A DNA stretch of 64,000 bases from an uncultured Planctomycetales bacterium (GCA_964548565.1 CAZJTF010000002.1:3573-67572); one strand, 5' to 3'. Shown: positions 27,205 to 36,996, counted from the first letter of the stretch. The notes: generated by a model not told the origin, from the letters alone. A program made the numbers and translations.

Positions 27205-27473
27205 GAACGGCTACCTCCGTAGTTTGTGGCTGACCCGGGGCTGCAGTCATTCGGACGGCACTGCACAGTCTCGGGTCGGGCGTTGACCGCCAGGGAATCC
27301 TCGCGATGAACCGATGCAGCAGTCGTCCCGGACAGCTGCGAGAGACCTTTCCCGCGCGGTAGCCGAGACCACACACCGCAATCCATCTGGTATCGACAGT
27401 GCGCCTTGTCGCCTGGCTGAGCTCGCGGTCAGTTACGACGGCCTCAGCCATCGCAAGCGCAAACTTGGATGAT

Positions 27474-27516
27474 GGGCAAAACACACGGCCGCCGGAGCGG
27501 CACATTCCGCTCCGGC
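27474..27516 (-). terminator. Rho-independent-like terminator after the PEP-CTERM gene
   Basis: A 10-bp stem GCCGGAGCGG / CCGCTCCGGC (27491-27516) with a 6-nt loop lies about 22 nt past the stop at 27538. On the coding strand it is followed by GTGTGTTTTGCC. Confidence 0.6.
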
Positions 27517-27537
27517 AGGCCGTGGATCTGCGCGCGC

Positions 27538-28362
27538 TTAAGCGCGGCGACGCCGCAACAGGGGCATGCCGCCGAGTAGCAGCAATGCCAGCGTCGCCGG
27601 CTCGGGAACCATGTAAATCACCAGGTTGTCGGCTCCGCCTGACCCCGTGGAGCTGAGATTCGACGGCCCGCCCCAGCGGACATGGTCGTACTTCTTGCCA
27701 ACGTGCGTTGTCAACGGAATGGTGATGGAGTGGAGCGAATCCAGCGTTCCATCCACATCTGTGTCAACGTTGACCGATGCAGTGGCAAAGGTCTCGCCGA
27801 TCTCGAGCTTGAAGTGATGCCAACCGCCGACCCCCACGAGCTTGCTGGGGGTGATCAGGAACCAGGACTGGTTCGCAGGGGTATTCGTTGGTGGGGTGGC
27901 AAACACCGTCCGGACTGAATAGCCCTGGGTCATAGCATCGTTTCCTCCGAGCACGCTTGGGTCGGAAGAGTTGTACTCGCCGAGTTCAAAAAATGCCCCG
28001 ACGCTGTTGCCTCCGCTGTGCCGCAGCCCCATGGTGATGCGGGCATCCGCCACGTCATAATCCCAGTAGTCATACTCAATCACGAGGCGCTTCGCATCGG
28101 TGATCACCGGCGTCTCGGGGAACTGGTGAATCGCAGCCGCTCCGCCGCTCGAAAACACACCTTGGCCAGGGTGGCCATTGGGCGGCGGCAACAGCACGGC
28201 CGGCGCGGCGCCTGAGCTCAAATCACCCCAGGCCCCCGCTGCATGGAAAGCCGCCTCGTCCGCATACGACTCAAAATTGTCCTGGAACAGAATTTGTGCA
28301 TTGGCCCCGACAGCCACGATCAGTAGACCCGCGGCTGCCCCGATCAGTGTTCGTGCCCGCAT
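27538..28362 (-). CDS. PEP-CTERM-anchored secreted protein (lectin/jelly-roll-like)
   Basis: 274 aa with signal MRARTLIGAAAGLLIVAVGANA. The C-terminus is VPEPATLALLLLGGMPLLRRRRA. Confidence 0.8.
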   Translation of the reverse strand: MRARTLIGAAAGLLIVAVGANAQILFQDNFESYADEAAFHAAGAWGDLSSGAAPAVLLPPPNGHPGQGVFSSGGAAAIHQFPETPVITDAKRLVIEYDYWDYDVADARITMGLRHSGGNSVGAFFELGEYNSSDPSVLGGNDAMTQGYSVRTVFATPPTNTPANQSWFLITPSKLVGVGGWHHFKLEIGETFATASVNVDTDVDGTLDSLHSITIPLTTHVGKKYDHVRWGGPSNLSSTGSGGADNLVIYMVPEPATLALLLLGGMPLLRRRRA

Positions 28363-28478
28363 ACGTTCTCCTCCTCAAAGAGAAATGCAAAAAGAAGTGA
28401 ACCACCTCCAACAATTACTAACCGCGTTAGACTGGGAAATGCAATGGCGGGGAACGCCTTTCCCGACCACTGAATCGC

Positions 28479-28507
28479 ATGTTATATAATCCGCCGGGGC
28501 GAAGCAA
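28479..28507 (-). promoter_or_regulatory. Candidate promoter with a variant of the ATTATATAA box
   Basis: On the coding strand: TTGCTT, 17 nt, TAACAT, inside GATTATATAACAT. It lies about 120 nt upstream of the ATG at 28362. Confidence 0.4.
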
Positions 28508-28775
28508 GAGAAATTCCCGCAATGAAATGGGAGATGAAGCTCAGCTGCAGTGCACGTGCGTCCTATAACGTGGCCGCATGCATCAGAAATCCGGCTACAC
28601 CTCGCTGCAGATGCGTGACCGGGAGAGCGCAACCAACGATCTCGCGCAGCGACCGCCCTCTGTGGAACTCTGCACGTCGAACGAGCGGCGGCTGGAAACA
28701 TCAACGCAAACCGGGCGCAAACCGTTGCGCAACAAAGACGGCCGGGCAACCGCACCCGTGCGTAACGTCAGAACC

Positions 28776-28804
28776 TTGGCGCTGCCTTGTGACGCAGGCA
28801 TAAT
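28776..28804 (+). promoter_or_regulatory. Candidate promoter for the metallophosphoesterase gene
   Basis: TTGGCG (28776-28781), 17 nt, CATAAT (28799-28804), about 60 nt upstream of the start at 28867. Confidence 0.35.
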
Positions 28805-28866
28805 CGGCGCGAGATCGCCCGTATTTCACGAGCCGGCGCCCACGTACCGGCGCCACCGGAGTAAGT

Positions 28867-31053
28867 GTGTCTCAGCAGGCCAGATCTGGCAGGAGTACCC
28901 CCTTGCAGTACCACCGCAGTGTCCCCCGTCTCCTATCGACAGCAGTATTCGTCCTGGCCGAGGCGGCCGCCCTCGCGGCCCCGCCCCCGGACTTCTCCTT
29001 CCTGCAGATCTCCGATATCCACTTCTCGCCGATCCCGCACGGCTCCAACTTCGAGGACTCCCGCAGCGTGGACACCCTCGCCTGGGTTTCCGGCGAGGCC
29101 CGCACGCCCCAGAAGCTGGAACCCCTCGGCATCACCGCGCCGCCCCCGTCGTTCATCATCGCCACCGGCGACGTCACCGAGTTCGGCGTGATCGACCGCA
29201 CGTTTAATCGGTTCGAGGCCGCATTCAAGAACCTCGAAATCCCCCTCTACGTCGTCCCGGGCAACCACGACAACACCTGGACCTCGATCCTGGGCGTGAT
29301 GCGGCGCAAGTACGGCGGCGACCACTACTCCTTTGACAAGTTCGGCTGCCATTTCGTCGGCATCGACACCGCCTCCCCCCAGGAACCCGTGCCGAGCCTT
29401 GAACAGCGGACCCTCACCTGGCTTGCCGATGACCTGCGGAAAGTCGGCCCCACGCGCCCGGTGTTCATCTTCTGCCATCACCCGCTCTCGACCACCGAGT
29501 ACGCGGAGCCCTACGAGCAGATCCGCTTCCTGCAGACCATCCGCGGCTACAACGTCGTGCTGCTGCTGATGGGGCACGGCCACGGTGTCCGTGCGGAGCG
29601 CTGGGGAGGGCTCGACAGCGTCATGGGCGGCTCGACCTTCGGCCCGAACACCGGCTACAGCATCATCTCGTGCGTGGACGGCGTCCTCCGCGTCGTGTAC
29701 CGCTTCCGCGAGACGACCAAGCCGATGCAGACCGTCCTTGAGAAGCCATTGATGGCGAAAGCCCGCCCCGACCTTGAGATCACCACGCCCGCCGACGGTC
29801 TCCAGGTCGACGGCTCCGGCGTCACCGTGAAGGCGAAGGTCCGCGGTGCCCGCCCGCAGAAGCTCACCGCTTCGCCTGATAACACGAAGGACAAGACGGT
29901 CGCCATGGAGCCCGGTGCCGGCGACTACACCTGCGTGGTGACGACCGACGGCCTCCTGCCCGGCGCGCATTATGTCAAGGTCACCGCGGAGTTCCCGAAA
30001 ACTACCCTCGACCGCGCCGTGCGGTTCGACTACGCACCGTCAGGCAGCCCCGAGGCCGCTCGCCTCACGCTCAACTCGGGCATGAAGGCCGGACCGGTCG
30101 TCGCCGGGCGCGAACTGCTTGTCGGCACGACCGCCGGCGAGCTCCTCGCCATCCCCCTGGATCGCATGGATGCCGGCAGGGTCCGCACCATCCAGAAGAC
30201 CGGCGGCGAGATCCTCAGCCCCCCCGCCTTCGCTGAAGGCGTCGTTTATGCCGCGTCCGGCGACGCCCACGTGTACGCCACACGGCTCGATGGTCGCCTT
30301 GTGTGGAAGGCCGACCTCAAGGCTCCCGTGTACGGCACGCCCGCCATCGGTGACGAGGCCGTCTACGCCGGCGACATCGAAGGCATCGTGCACGCCGTCG
30401 ACCGCCGCACCGGCCGGGTCCTCTGGTCGAAACGCACCGCCGCCTTCACCATCGAGCAGCCGCTGCTCCTGCACGAAGGCGTGCTCTATTTCGGCGCATG
30501 GGACGGTTACGTCTACGCCCTGAACGCGTCCGACGGCTCGGTGAAGTGGAAGTCCGCCGGCCCCCAGGGCCAGGCCGCCAAGAAGGCGCCCAATCGCTAC
30601 TACGCTCCGGCCGATTGCTCCCCGATCGTCGTAGGCGACCGCCTGTTCATCACGGATCGCGCGTACTTCCTCGCGGCCTACACACTCGACGGCCAGTACA
30701 TCGAGCAGATTTCGGACAAGATCGCCGGCATCGCCGCCTCCGCCGACGGTCGGAGCTTCTACGCACGCGGTTCCGAGCGGGGCCTGACGCGCTACGGCGC
30801 CGACGGCAAAAAGATCTGGTCCTCGCCGCTGGCGCTGGGTCGCTTCCCCATTCCGCCGACCGAAGCGGGCGACCGCGTCTACGTCTGCTCGAACCAGGGC
30901 GTGTTGAGCGCCGTGGACGCAGGCTCCGGCAAGACCCTCTGGCAGTACCAGGTCACGCCCGAGCTCCACGTCATGTCGCAGGTCGGCGTCGACGGTGCCG
31001 GAAGCGCGTACGTCACCGGCATGGACGGATCCGTCACCCGCGTACGGAAGTAA
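28867..31053 (+). CDS. Secreted calcineurin-like metallophosphoesterase fused to a PQQ-like beta-propeller
   Basis: 728 aa. The phosphoesterase motifs appear in order: QISDIHFSP, ATGDVTEFG, VVPGNHDN, FCHHPL, MGHGHG. The C-terminal 330 aa carry repeated Y(A/V)xxxDGxVxA / LW(K/S) propeller blades (VYAASGDAHVYATRLDGRLVWK, VYAGDIEGIVHAVDRRTGRVLWS, LYFGAWDGYVYALNASDGSVKWK). Confidence 0.75.
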   Translation: MSQQARSGRSTPLQYHRSVPRLLSTAVFVLAEAAALAAPPPDFSFLQISDIHFSPIPHGSNFEDSRSVDTLAWVSGEARTPQKLEPLGITAPPPSFIIATGDVTEFGVIDRTFNRFEAAFKNLEIPLYVVPGNHDNTWTSILGVMRRKYGGDHYSFDKFGCHFVGIDTASPQEPVPSLEQRTLTWLADDLRKVGPTRPVFIFCHHPLSTTEYAEPYEQIRFLQTIRGYNVVLLLMGHGHGVRAERWGGLDSVMGGSTFGPNTGYSIISCVDGVLRVVYRFRETTKPMQTVLEKPLMAKARPDLEITTPADGLQVDGSGVTVKAKVRGARPQKLTASPDNTKDKTVAMEPGAGDYTCVVTTDGLLPGAHYVKVTAEFPKTTLDRAVRFDYAPSGSPEAARLTLNSGMKAGPVVAGRELLVGTTAGELLAIPLDRMDAGRVRTIQKTGGEILSPPAFAEGVVYAASGDAHVYATRLDGRLVWKADLKAPVYGTPAIGDEAVYAGDIEGIVHAVDRRTGRVLWSKRTAAFTIEQPLLLHEGVLYFGAWDGYVYALNASDGSVKWKSAGPQGQAAKKAPNRYYAPADCSPIVVGDRLFITDRAYFLAAYTLDGQYIEQISDKIAGIAASADGRSFYARGSERGLTRYGADGKKIWSSPLALGRFPIPPTEAGDRVYVCSNQGVLSAVDAGSGKTLWQYQVTPELHVMSQVGVDGAGSAYVTGMDGSVTRVRK

Positions 31054-31109
31054 AGCCCCCCGGCGCCACATCGCGCGCCCGTGGCGGGCTCAACCCGGAA
31101 AGGCGTCGC

Positions 31110-32333
31110 ATGCTGTGGGCAGCATTCTCCACGATAGCGGGCATGGTATCGGCGGTGGCCCTCGTTCAGTCCCGCCCTGCCCTGACGCCTGCAGTGGACC
31201 TCGCGCCGCGCTTCCAGGAACTCGGCCTCGCCCCCGGTCACCAGGGCGGGCGCGACACCTGCTCGCTCTTCGCCGTCGCCGCGGCCGCCAATTACGAGTG
31301 GGCCCGCGCGCAGCCGGACGCCGCTGAACCCTGGTCCGCCGACTTTCTCGTCTGGGCCGCGCGCGAAACATGCTCCAAAGACCGCGAGCAGGCCATGTTC
31401 TACGAGGCGGTGGCCGGACTGAACGCCTTCGGTCTCTGTCCTGAACGCCTCATGCCGTACGCGCGTGCTGCCGCGAGCCAGACGCGACCGTCCGAGGAAG
31501 CGATCCGCGCCGCGGAACCGTTCCGCAACCGTTGGAGAGTGCACTGGATTCGCCGGTGGGACGTCTCCAGCCAGGTCTCGCCCTCCCAGTTCAACGCCAT
31601 CAGGCAGGCACTGGCGGAGGGCCACCCTGTCGCCTGCGGTCTCCGGTGGCCGGTTGGCGATCGGCTCCGCGCCTTGATCGATCCGCCCGCCCCGCGTGAT
31701 GTCCGCGACGGCCACTGCGTGCTGCTCGTCGGCTATCGCGACGATACGTCAACGCCTGGCGGCGGCGTCCTGCGTTTCCGCAACAGCTACGGCCCGAAGT
31801 GGAACGGCAGCGGCCACGGCGAGATGTCCTATGCCTACCTGCGCGCCTACGCCAACGACGCCCTCTGGCTGGAGCTCACAGGCCCCCCCGGCGAGCTCCC
31901 CATCCAGCGGTTTGAGGCCGAGGACCTGCCGATCATCGAGCGCGACAAGTGCCAGGTCGCCCCGCAGGCCATGGACGCCTGGAACGCCCGCCTGTGGAGC
32001 GGCGGAAAACAGCTGTTTTGCACCGCGGACCGTGACGGCTCCGTCACCATGGCGTTCGAGGTCGCGCACCCCGGGACCTGCCGCGTGCGTGTTCTTGGCA
32101 CCGCAGCACCGGATTACGGCCGGATTCGGTTCTCACTCGACAGTCGGAACGTCGGTGAGGTGTTCGACCTGCACGCGGGCCGGGTGTGCCCCGCCGGCTC
32201 CCTCGAACTCGGCCACCACGAGCTGGCCGCCGGCCGCCACACCCTGAAGGTCTCCCTGGCCGGTACGAACCGGCTCTGGAGCGCCCGCGCCTTCGGCATT
32301 GACGCCGTGGATCTCCTGCCCGCGACAAAGTGA
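31110..32333 (+). CDS. Secreted papain-like (C1 family) cysteine peptidase with C-terminal beta-sandwich domain
   Basis: The preferred start is MLWAAFSTIAGMVSAVALVQS (31110). The track ORF start at 30498 overlaps the previous gene. The catalytic contexts are GGRDTCSLFAV (Cys), DGHCVLLVGY (His) and LRFRNSYG (Asn). Confidence 0.7.
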   Translation: MLWAAFSTIAGMVSAVALVQSRPALTPAVDLAPRFQELGLAPGHQGGRDTCSLFAVAAAANYEWARAQPDAAEPWSADFLVWAARETCSKDREQAMFYEAVAGLNAFGLCPERLMPYARAAASQTRPSEEAIRAAEPFRNRWRVHWIRRWDVSSQVSPSQFNAIRQALAEGHPVACGLRWPVGDRLRALIDPPAPRDVRDGHCVLLVGYRDDTSTPGGGVLRFRNSYGPKWNGSGHGEMSYAYLRAYANDALWLELTGPPGELPIQRFEAEDLPIIERDKCQVAPQAMDAWNARLWSGGKQLFCTADRDGSVTMAFEVAHPGTCRVRVLGTAAPDYGRIRFSLDSRNVGEVFDLHAGRVCPAGSLELGHHELAAGRHTLKVSLAGTNRLWSARAFGIDAVDLLPATK

Positions 32334-32600
32334 CCGCTCCACCGCCGCCGCCCGCCGGACGCCTTGGAATTCCGTTGACATCCCCCATGGAAGTCGTAGT
32401 GTGGAGGACGGACTCGCCTTGTTGAAGGCCCCATCCCTGTCTTCGCCCCTGTATGAGACTGGGACGTCCACAGGTCCATCCGCAGCTGGAAAGCGGTTGC
32501 CCGTCACGGACGGGGTCCGTGCGGGTTTGTACCGTACCGGCAGGAGCCGGCGCGGCAGGCTCTCGCAGGACCGACTGATCGGCACCAGGGGAATGACAGC

Positions 32601-33344
32601 ATGACGCCCGGATCTCTCCGCCGCACGCGCAGCCTTCTCACGCTTCTCTCCGCGACTGCAATGCCCGCAGCGGCCTGCGCCACTGCCCTCTACTACGACG
32701 GCTCGCTCGACAAGCACGGCGCCGCCGCCCTGGCCAACCTCGGGTTCACGTTCACCACCGTCACCACGGACGCGGAGTTTCAAAGCCAACTCGCGTCGGC
32801 AACCTGGCAGGTCGTTGTCATCGAACGCTACAACAACAGCATCAGCCCCGCTTCTGCGACCGCCCTCGGCAGTTACATCGCCGGCGGCGGGCGTGTCGTG
32901 TGCTCGTACTGGGCCGTGAGCGATCCCACCGCATTGAGCCTCCGAGAGGCGTTCGGAGTGGCAGCCGCGTTCGACCAGGGCGCGTCCGTGGAGCCGGCGC
33001 ACCCGTGGTTGCCCTCCAGCCCCGTGTTCACGACCCATCATGCGATGGGCGTCATTGTTCCCAGCCCGCCCTACAACTGGACTGACAACGGGGACCGTCT
33101 GCAGATCGCCGCGGGTGCAACCGCGCTCGCCGGCTACACCAGCATGCCAAACGCCGCGCAGGTTGCCATTATCCAGGCGAACGCCGGCCGAACCATCTTC
33201 AATGGATTCCTCTTTGACAATGTGGAGCCGGGTACCGCGACGCGCCTGCTGGAGAACGAGATCCGCGCCGTCGTGCCGGAACCGCTGTGCCTGGCGATGC
33301 TGATCGCCGCCGCGCCTCTCCTCGGCCGCTGGCATCGAAAGTGA
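32601..33344 (+). CDS. PEP-CTERM-like anchored protein
   Basis: 247 aa with signal SLLTLLSATAMPAAACA. The C-terminus is VPEPLCLAMLIAAAPLLGRWHRK (PEP motif, TM helix, basic tail). Confidence 0.65.
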   Translation: MTPGSLRRTRSLLTLLSATAMPAAACATALYYDGSLDKHGAAALANLGFTFTTVTTDAEFQSQLASATWQVVVIERYNNSISPASATALGSYIAGGGRVVCSYWAVSDPTALSLREAFGVAAAFDQGASVEPAHPWLPSSPVFTTHHAMGVIVPSPPYNWTDNGDRLQIAAGATALAGYTSMPNAAQVAIIQANAGRTIFNGFLFDNVEPGTATRLLENEIRAVVPEPLCLAMLIAAAPLLGRWHRK

Positions 33345-33378
33345 TGCCCCCGCGCACCGGGAGGCTCGAAAACCGCCC

Positions 33379-36300
33379 TCAGTTCGTGCACTCCGGGCTT
33401 GCGGTCGTGTTCGCCCCGCTGAAGCAGTTCATGAAGAGCGCGAAATCGGTGTCATCCACGTCCGAGTCAGAATCGAGGTGAGCCCGCGCACACTTCGGGT
33501 TGTTTTGGTCCGCCACCCCCGAGAAGCAGAGCTGCAGGTAGCCGAAGTCCGCCTGGTCGACGTCCCCGTCCCCGTCGAAATCCGCCCGCGGCGGACACGC
33601 CTGCTCGACGCCGTCAATGTAGACCGTCAACGGGCCGGCCGCCTCAACCGGGCTCAGTGCCAGATGTTCGAGCACGCCCCGACCGGTGGGCGTCCAGAGC
33701 ACGCCGTCGCCTGTGTACGCTTTCGCCGCCGGCGCGGGCAGGAACGTGATCGTCTGCCACGTTCCCGGCTGCGCGGTCACCAGCAGGCCCTGCGGAGCCC
33801 CGTCGACCACGCTGTCGGCACCCACCCACTCGATCGTGCCCGTGGTCCCGCCGTCCGCGCCGATCGGCACGTCGACGTTCGTCTCGCGGACGCCGAGAGC
33901 CACGCGCAGCGAACCGCTGTCCAGCCGCAACCGCAGCCGGACCGGCCGATGCAGGTCGATCGCCGGATTCGCCACGCCTGGCGTATCCGCCGTCGTCAGC
34001 CGCAGCCAGCGCCCCGGCGCCGTATCCGCCCACTGCCACTGGACCTTGCAGACTTGGCTGCCGTCGTACGCCGCCACCTCGCTGGTCACGGCGGCGAGAT
34101 TCGGAGATTCAAGCAGGTGCTGCTGCGTCGCTGTCGAGAACCGCGGCTCCCGAAACAACACCGCTGCACCGTCCGGCTGCCCCTCGAAGTCGGCGATCGG
34201 CGACACGATGCACCGCGCGCTCAGCAGGAAAGCCATAGCCCGGGCCATGATGTCGTTGCGCACCGCCGGCGAGCCGATCGTCTCGAACGGCAGCGCCAGC
34301 ATGACCACGCGGTACCCGCCGGAGTCGTACTGAATGCCTGCGCCCATCCCACCGCCGTAGCTCAGGATCTGCACCGCACCTGCACGCGGCGCGATCCGGT
34401 CCGGCGCGAAGGCGACATACGGCGCGCCCGCCTGCGTGCTGAAACTGAAGGCCGGTACATCCTGCATGATCCCCCCGGTGCCCGACACGGTGAATGTGGC
34501 CGCATCATCAGCGACCCAGTCGGCGCGAAGAATGTTCTCGTAGAACGTCCGCCCGGCGTTCAGGCTGTCGAGTTCGTAGCCGATGTCCGTGCCGCTCACG
34601 AACAGCCCCCCGCCGCCGGCCAGCCAGTTCGTCAGCAGCGACTGCTCCGTCGCATCGAATGTCCTGTCCGTTTCCGATTCGCGCCCGAGGATCCACACCA
34701 CCGCCTGGTAGGCCCGCAACGGCACCTGCCCCGCGACGATCGCCTCGTTCGAGCACGAGTCGAAGCTGACACCCGCCGCGCCGACCGCCGACGCGTGCTG
34801 CACGATGTAATCGAACGAGTTCACCACCCGCGGGATCGTCCGCTCGATCGTGCCGGCCGGGATCAGGTCGAGAAGGTCCTGCTTGCGGTCCACACGGTCG
34901 TAGCCGTTCACGATCAGCACCTGCGCCGGCCCGCTCGACGGAACCCGCACCGCCAACGTCTCCGACGGCATGGACTCGCCGCCCGCGTTGCAGGCGGCCA
35001 CCCGCAGGTAGGTCGTCTCGCCTGCCGGGATGTCGGTCAGGGTTGTACTCAGGTTGTTGCCGACGTCGACCCCCTGGCCAAAGCCGTAACCGTTGCTGGA
35101 GCGGTAGATCTTATAGCTGGTGGCGAAATCTCCACTGGCCGGGCTCGACGGTCGCGACGGACCTGCCTGCCAGGACACGACGACGCCGGCTCCGGCCTGG
35201 TACCGCGCCTCCACCCGCTCCGGCGGGTCCGGCAGGAACACGGTGGGCACCTGCGTCCCCGGGAAGATCGTCGGATCCGACAGAAACTGCACGATCCCCT
35301 GCACCGTGGAGCGTGCGATCGCGTCCCGCACCTTCAGGTCGCGCATCAGCGCCGCGTCCTGCATGTTGTCGTGGAAGGCCACCTCGAGAAGCGCCGCGTC
35401 GAACTCGTTCGAGTTGTTGGCCGTGCTGATCGCCCCGTATGCGAAGTTCTCCCGGAAGTAGGTGTTGGGCTCGCGCTCGCCCCACGGGTACTCGAACCGG
35501 TCGTCGATGGCCAGCATGTCCGCTTCGAGTTTCTCTCCGAGGATCCTCGCGTACTGAATCTGGTTCGTCGTCGCCCGGATGTCGTTGTACACGCCGACCA
35601 CGCCGCGCCCGTCCGCCGCGTTCGAGTGAAACTCGATGTAGACGCGCCGCCACCGGTCGTTATTGACGTCCGTGCGATTCATCTCGCGTGCCCAGCGGGC
35701 CGCCGTCCCCACGTTGTCATCGGTGTCCGTGTCGGCGGAGTCCCAGATGCTCGACGGCAGCCCCTCCGCATTGATGCCCGCCTCGCTCTCGGCCCAATAG
35801 CGCTGGGCCTCTTCATCCCGCCCGTATCCGCTCACCGTGTTCAGGTTGCCGCCGCGCACGCTCCCCATGCCGTTGCCGAAGCGGATCGCGTCCGCCACGA
35901 CCGTGCTGATCGTCGACGCCTGGTTGGAGATCTCGACGTAACCGCTCGTGCCGGCCTCGAAATGGAAATTCCCCAGCCAGATCCAGCCTTTGCCCACCAC
36001 CTGGTGATCGATCCGCACCTCCGCCGTTCCGCCGCTGTGCCGGATGCGGTAGAGCTGCTTCACGCGGTCCGTGTTGTCGCGCGTCCAGCAGTAGACAGGG
36101 TAGAAGTCCGCCGCCGGGATGTTCGGCGTGTAGCGCGCCGTGGCCGTTTCGGTCAGGCTCGATGTCGTGTAACGATAGCGCACGCCGCTGCCGGTGACGC
36201 CGTTCTCGTAGTACTCGGGCGCGTCCGAACTGTTGCTCCAGGCGCCCGTCCACGTCACGCCCGGATCGTCGTTGTCCAACACGATTTCCCGGTCCTGGTA

Positions 36301-36996
36301 GCCAACCGGTCGGAACGGCACGACCGTCGCGCCGGCGTTGTACAGGTAATGCACGAAGCAGTTGAGCTGGTCGATGTTCCCGTAATCCTCGACCATGCTG
36401 AAGAGGAGCGGCCGCTGCAGCACCCAGCCCGCGCTTCCCACCGTCCAGCCGTGCCCCCCGGTGCAGAAGACCACCACGCCGCTGAGCGCGCCGGCGGGCT
36501 GCCCGTCCGCGTTGGCCAGCGGGCCTCCGGGCGAGGCGAGTTCCGCTCCCGCAGCCTTCGGCCGAACGACATCCGGTACGGATCGGACCACCGGCGCCGG
36601 TGCCGACGGTTCCTGCACCAGCGAGCCCAGGCTCCGCAGCGTGCCGGCCGATCGGATCTGGACACCCAGGCCGCGGATCTGGCGGATGGACGCGATCCCC
36701 CCGCGGATCACTTCATCGATCCGTTCCGCACGGCTTTCGGGGAACGTCGGGACAACCGCACCCGCGGGGAGCGCCAGCACGACCCGCGCAACCGCCTCGG
36801 GATCCACCGCCAGCGACTCCAGCACCGTCCCCGCTGGCAGGAGTGGGTCCGCCCCACCGGATAGTCGCGCCACGGCGGCAGCGACTGCATCCGAAAGGGG
36901 GTTGCCGGACGCGTCCTGCTCTGCGGGCGACCGCGACACGACCAGGAGAACCATCGTCAGGAAATGAACGAACCGCAACGGGCGGGGATCACACAT
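33379..36996 (-). CDS. Secreted Amidase_3 (MurNAc-L-Ala amidase)-containing surface protein, paralog D, with permuted C-module and dockerin-like tail
   Basis: The preferred start is MCDPRPLRFVHFLTMVLLVVS (36996, with AGAGG SD). The track start is 37041. The Amidase_3 motifs are FCTGGHGW, YIEFHSNAADG and LLEVAFHDN, with a golvesin-like insert (VTWTGAWSNS...RYRYTT...FYPVYCWT...GWIWLGNFHF) and an FN3-like segment. The C-module halves run in the order LFREPRFS...RWLRLTT...VRLRLRL then LRVALGVRETN..PIGADGG...GVLEHLALSP..VYIDGV. The tail is DFDGDGDVDQADFGYLQLC...DSDSDVDDTDFALFMNC. Confidence 0.8.
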   Translation of the reverse strand: MCDPRPLRFVHFLTMVLLVVSRSPAEQDASGNPLSDAVAAAVARLSGGADPLLPAGTVLESLAVDPEAVARVVLALPAGAVVPTFPESRAERIDEVIRGGIASIRQIRGLGVQIRSAGTLRSLGSLVQEPSAPAPVVRSVPDVVRPKAAGAELASPGGPLANADGQPAGALSGVVVFCTGGHGWTVGSAGWVLQRPLLFSMVEDYGNIDQLNCFVHYLYNAGATVVPFRPVGYQDREIVLDNDDPGVTWTGAWSNSSDAPEYYENGVTGSGVRYRYTTSSLTETATARYTPNIPAADFYPVYCWTRDNTDRVKQLYRIRHSGGTAEVRIDHQVVGKGWIWLGNFHFEAGTSGYVEISNQASTISTVVADAIRFGNGMGSVRGGNLNTVSGYGRDEEAQRYWAESEAGINAEGLPSSIWDSADTDTDDNVGTAARWAREMNRTDVNNDRWRRVYIEFHSNAADGRGVVGVYNDIRATTNQIQYARILGEKLEADMLAIDDRFEYPWGEREPNTYFRENFAYGAISTANNSNEFDAALLEVAFHDNMQDAALMRDLKVRDAIARSTVQGIVQFLSDPTIFPGTQVPTVFLPDPPERVEARYQAGAGVVVSWQAGPSRPSSPASGDFATSYKIYRSSNGYGFGQGVDVGNNLSTTLTDIPAGETTYLRVAACNAGGESMPSETLAVRVPSSGPAQVLIVNGYDRVDRKQDLLDLIPAGTIERTIPRVVNSFDYIVQHASAVGAAGVSFDSCSNEAIVAGQVPLRAYQAVVWILGRESETDRTFDATEQSLLTNWLAGGGGLFVSGTDIGYELDSLNAGRTFYENILRADWVADDAATFTVSGTGGIMQDVPAFSFSTQAGAPYVAFAPDRIAPRAGAVQILSYGGGMGAGIQYDSGGYRVVMLALPFETIGSPAVRNDIMARAMAFLLSARCIVSPIADFEGQPDGAAVLFREPRFSTATQQHLLESPNLAAVTSEVAAYDGSQVCKVQWQWADTAPGRWLRLTTADTPGVANPAIDLHRPVRLRLRLDSGSLRVALGVRETNVDVPIGADGGTTGTIEWVGADSVVDGAPQGLLVTAQPGTWQTITFLPAPAAKAYTGDGVLWTPTGRGVLEHLALSPVEAAGPLTVYIDGVEQACPPRADFDGDGDVDQADFGYLQLCFSGVADQNNPKCARAHLDSDSDVDDTDFALFMNCFSGANTTASPECTN

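Noticed and set aside
30498-31109. N-terminal 204-codon extension of the papain-like peptidase ORF
   Set aside because: It lies entirely inside the metallophosphoesterase-propeller gene in another frame and is Arg-rich. A good signal peptide begins at the internal Met (31110).
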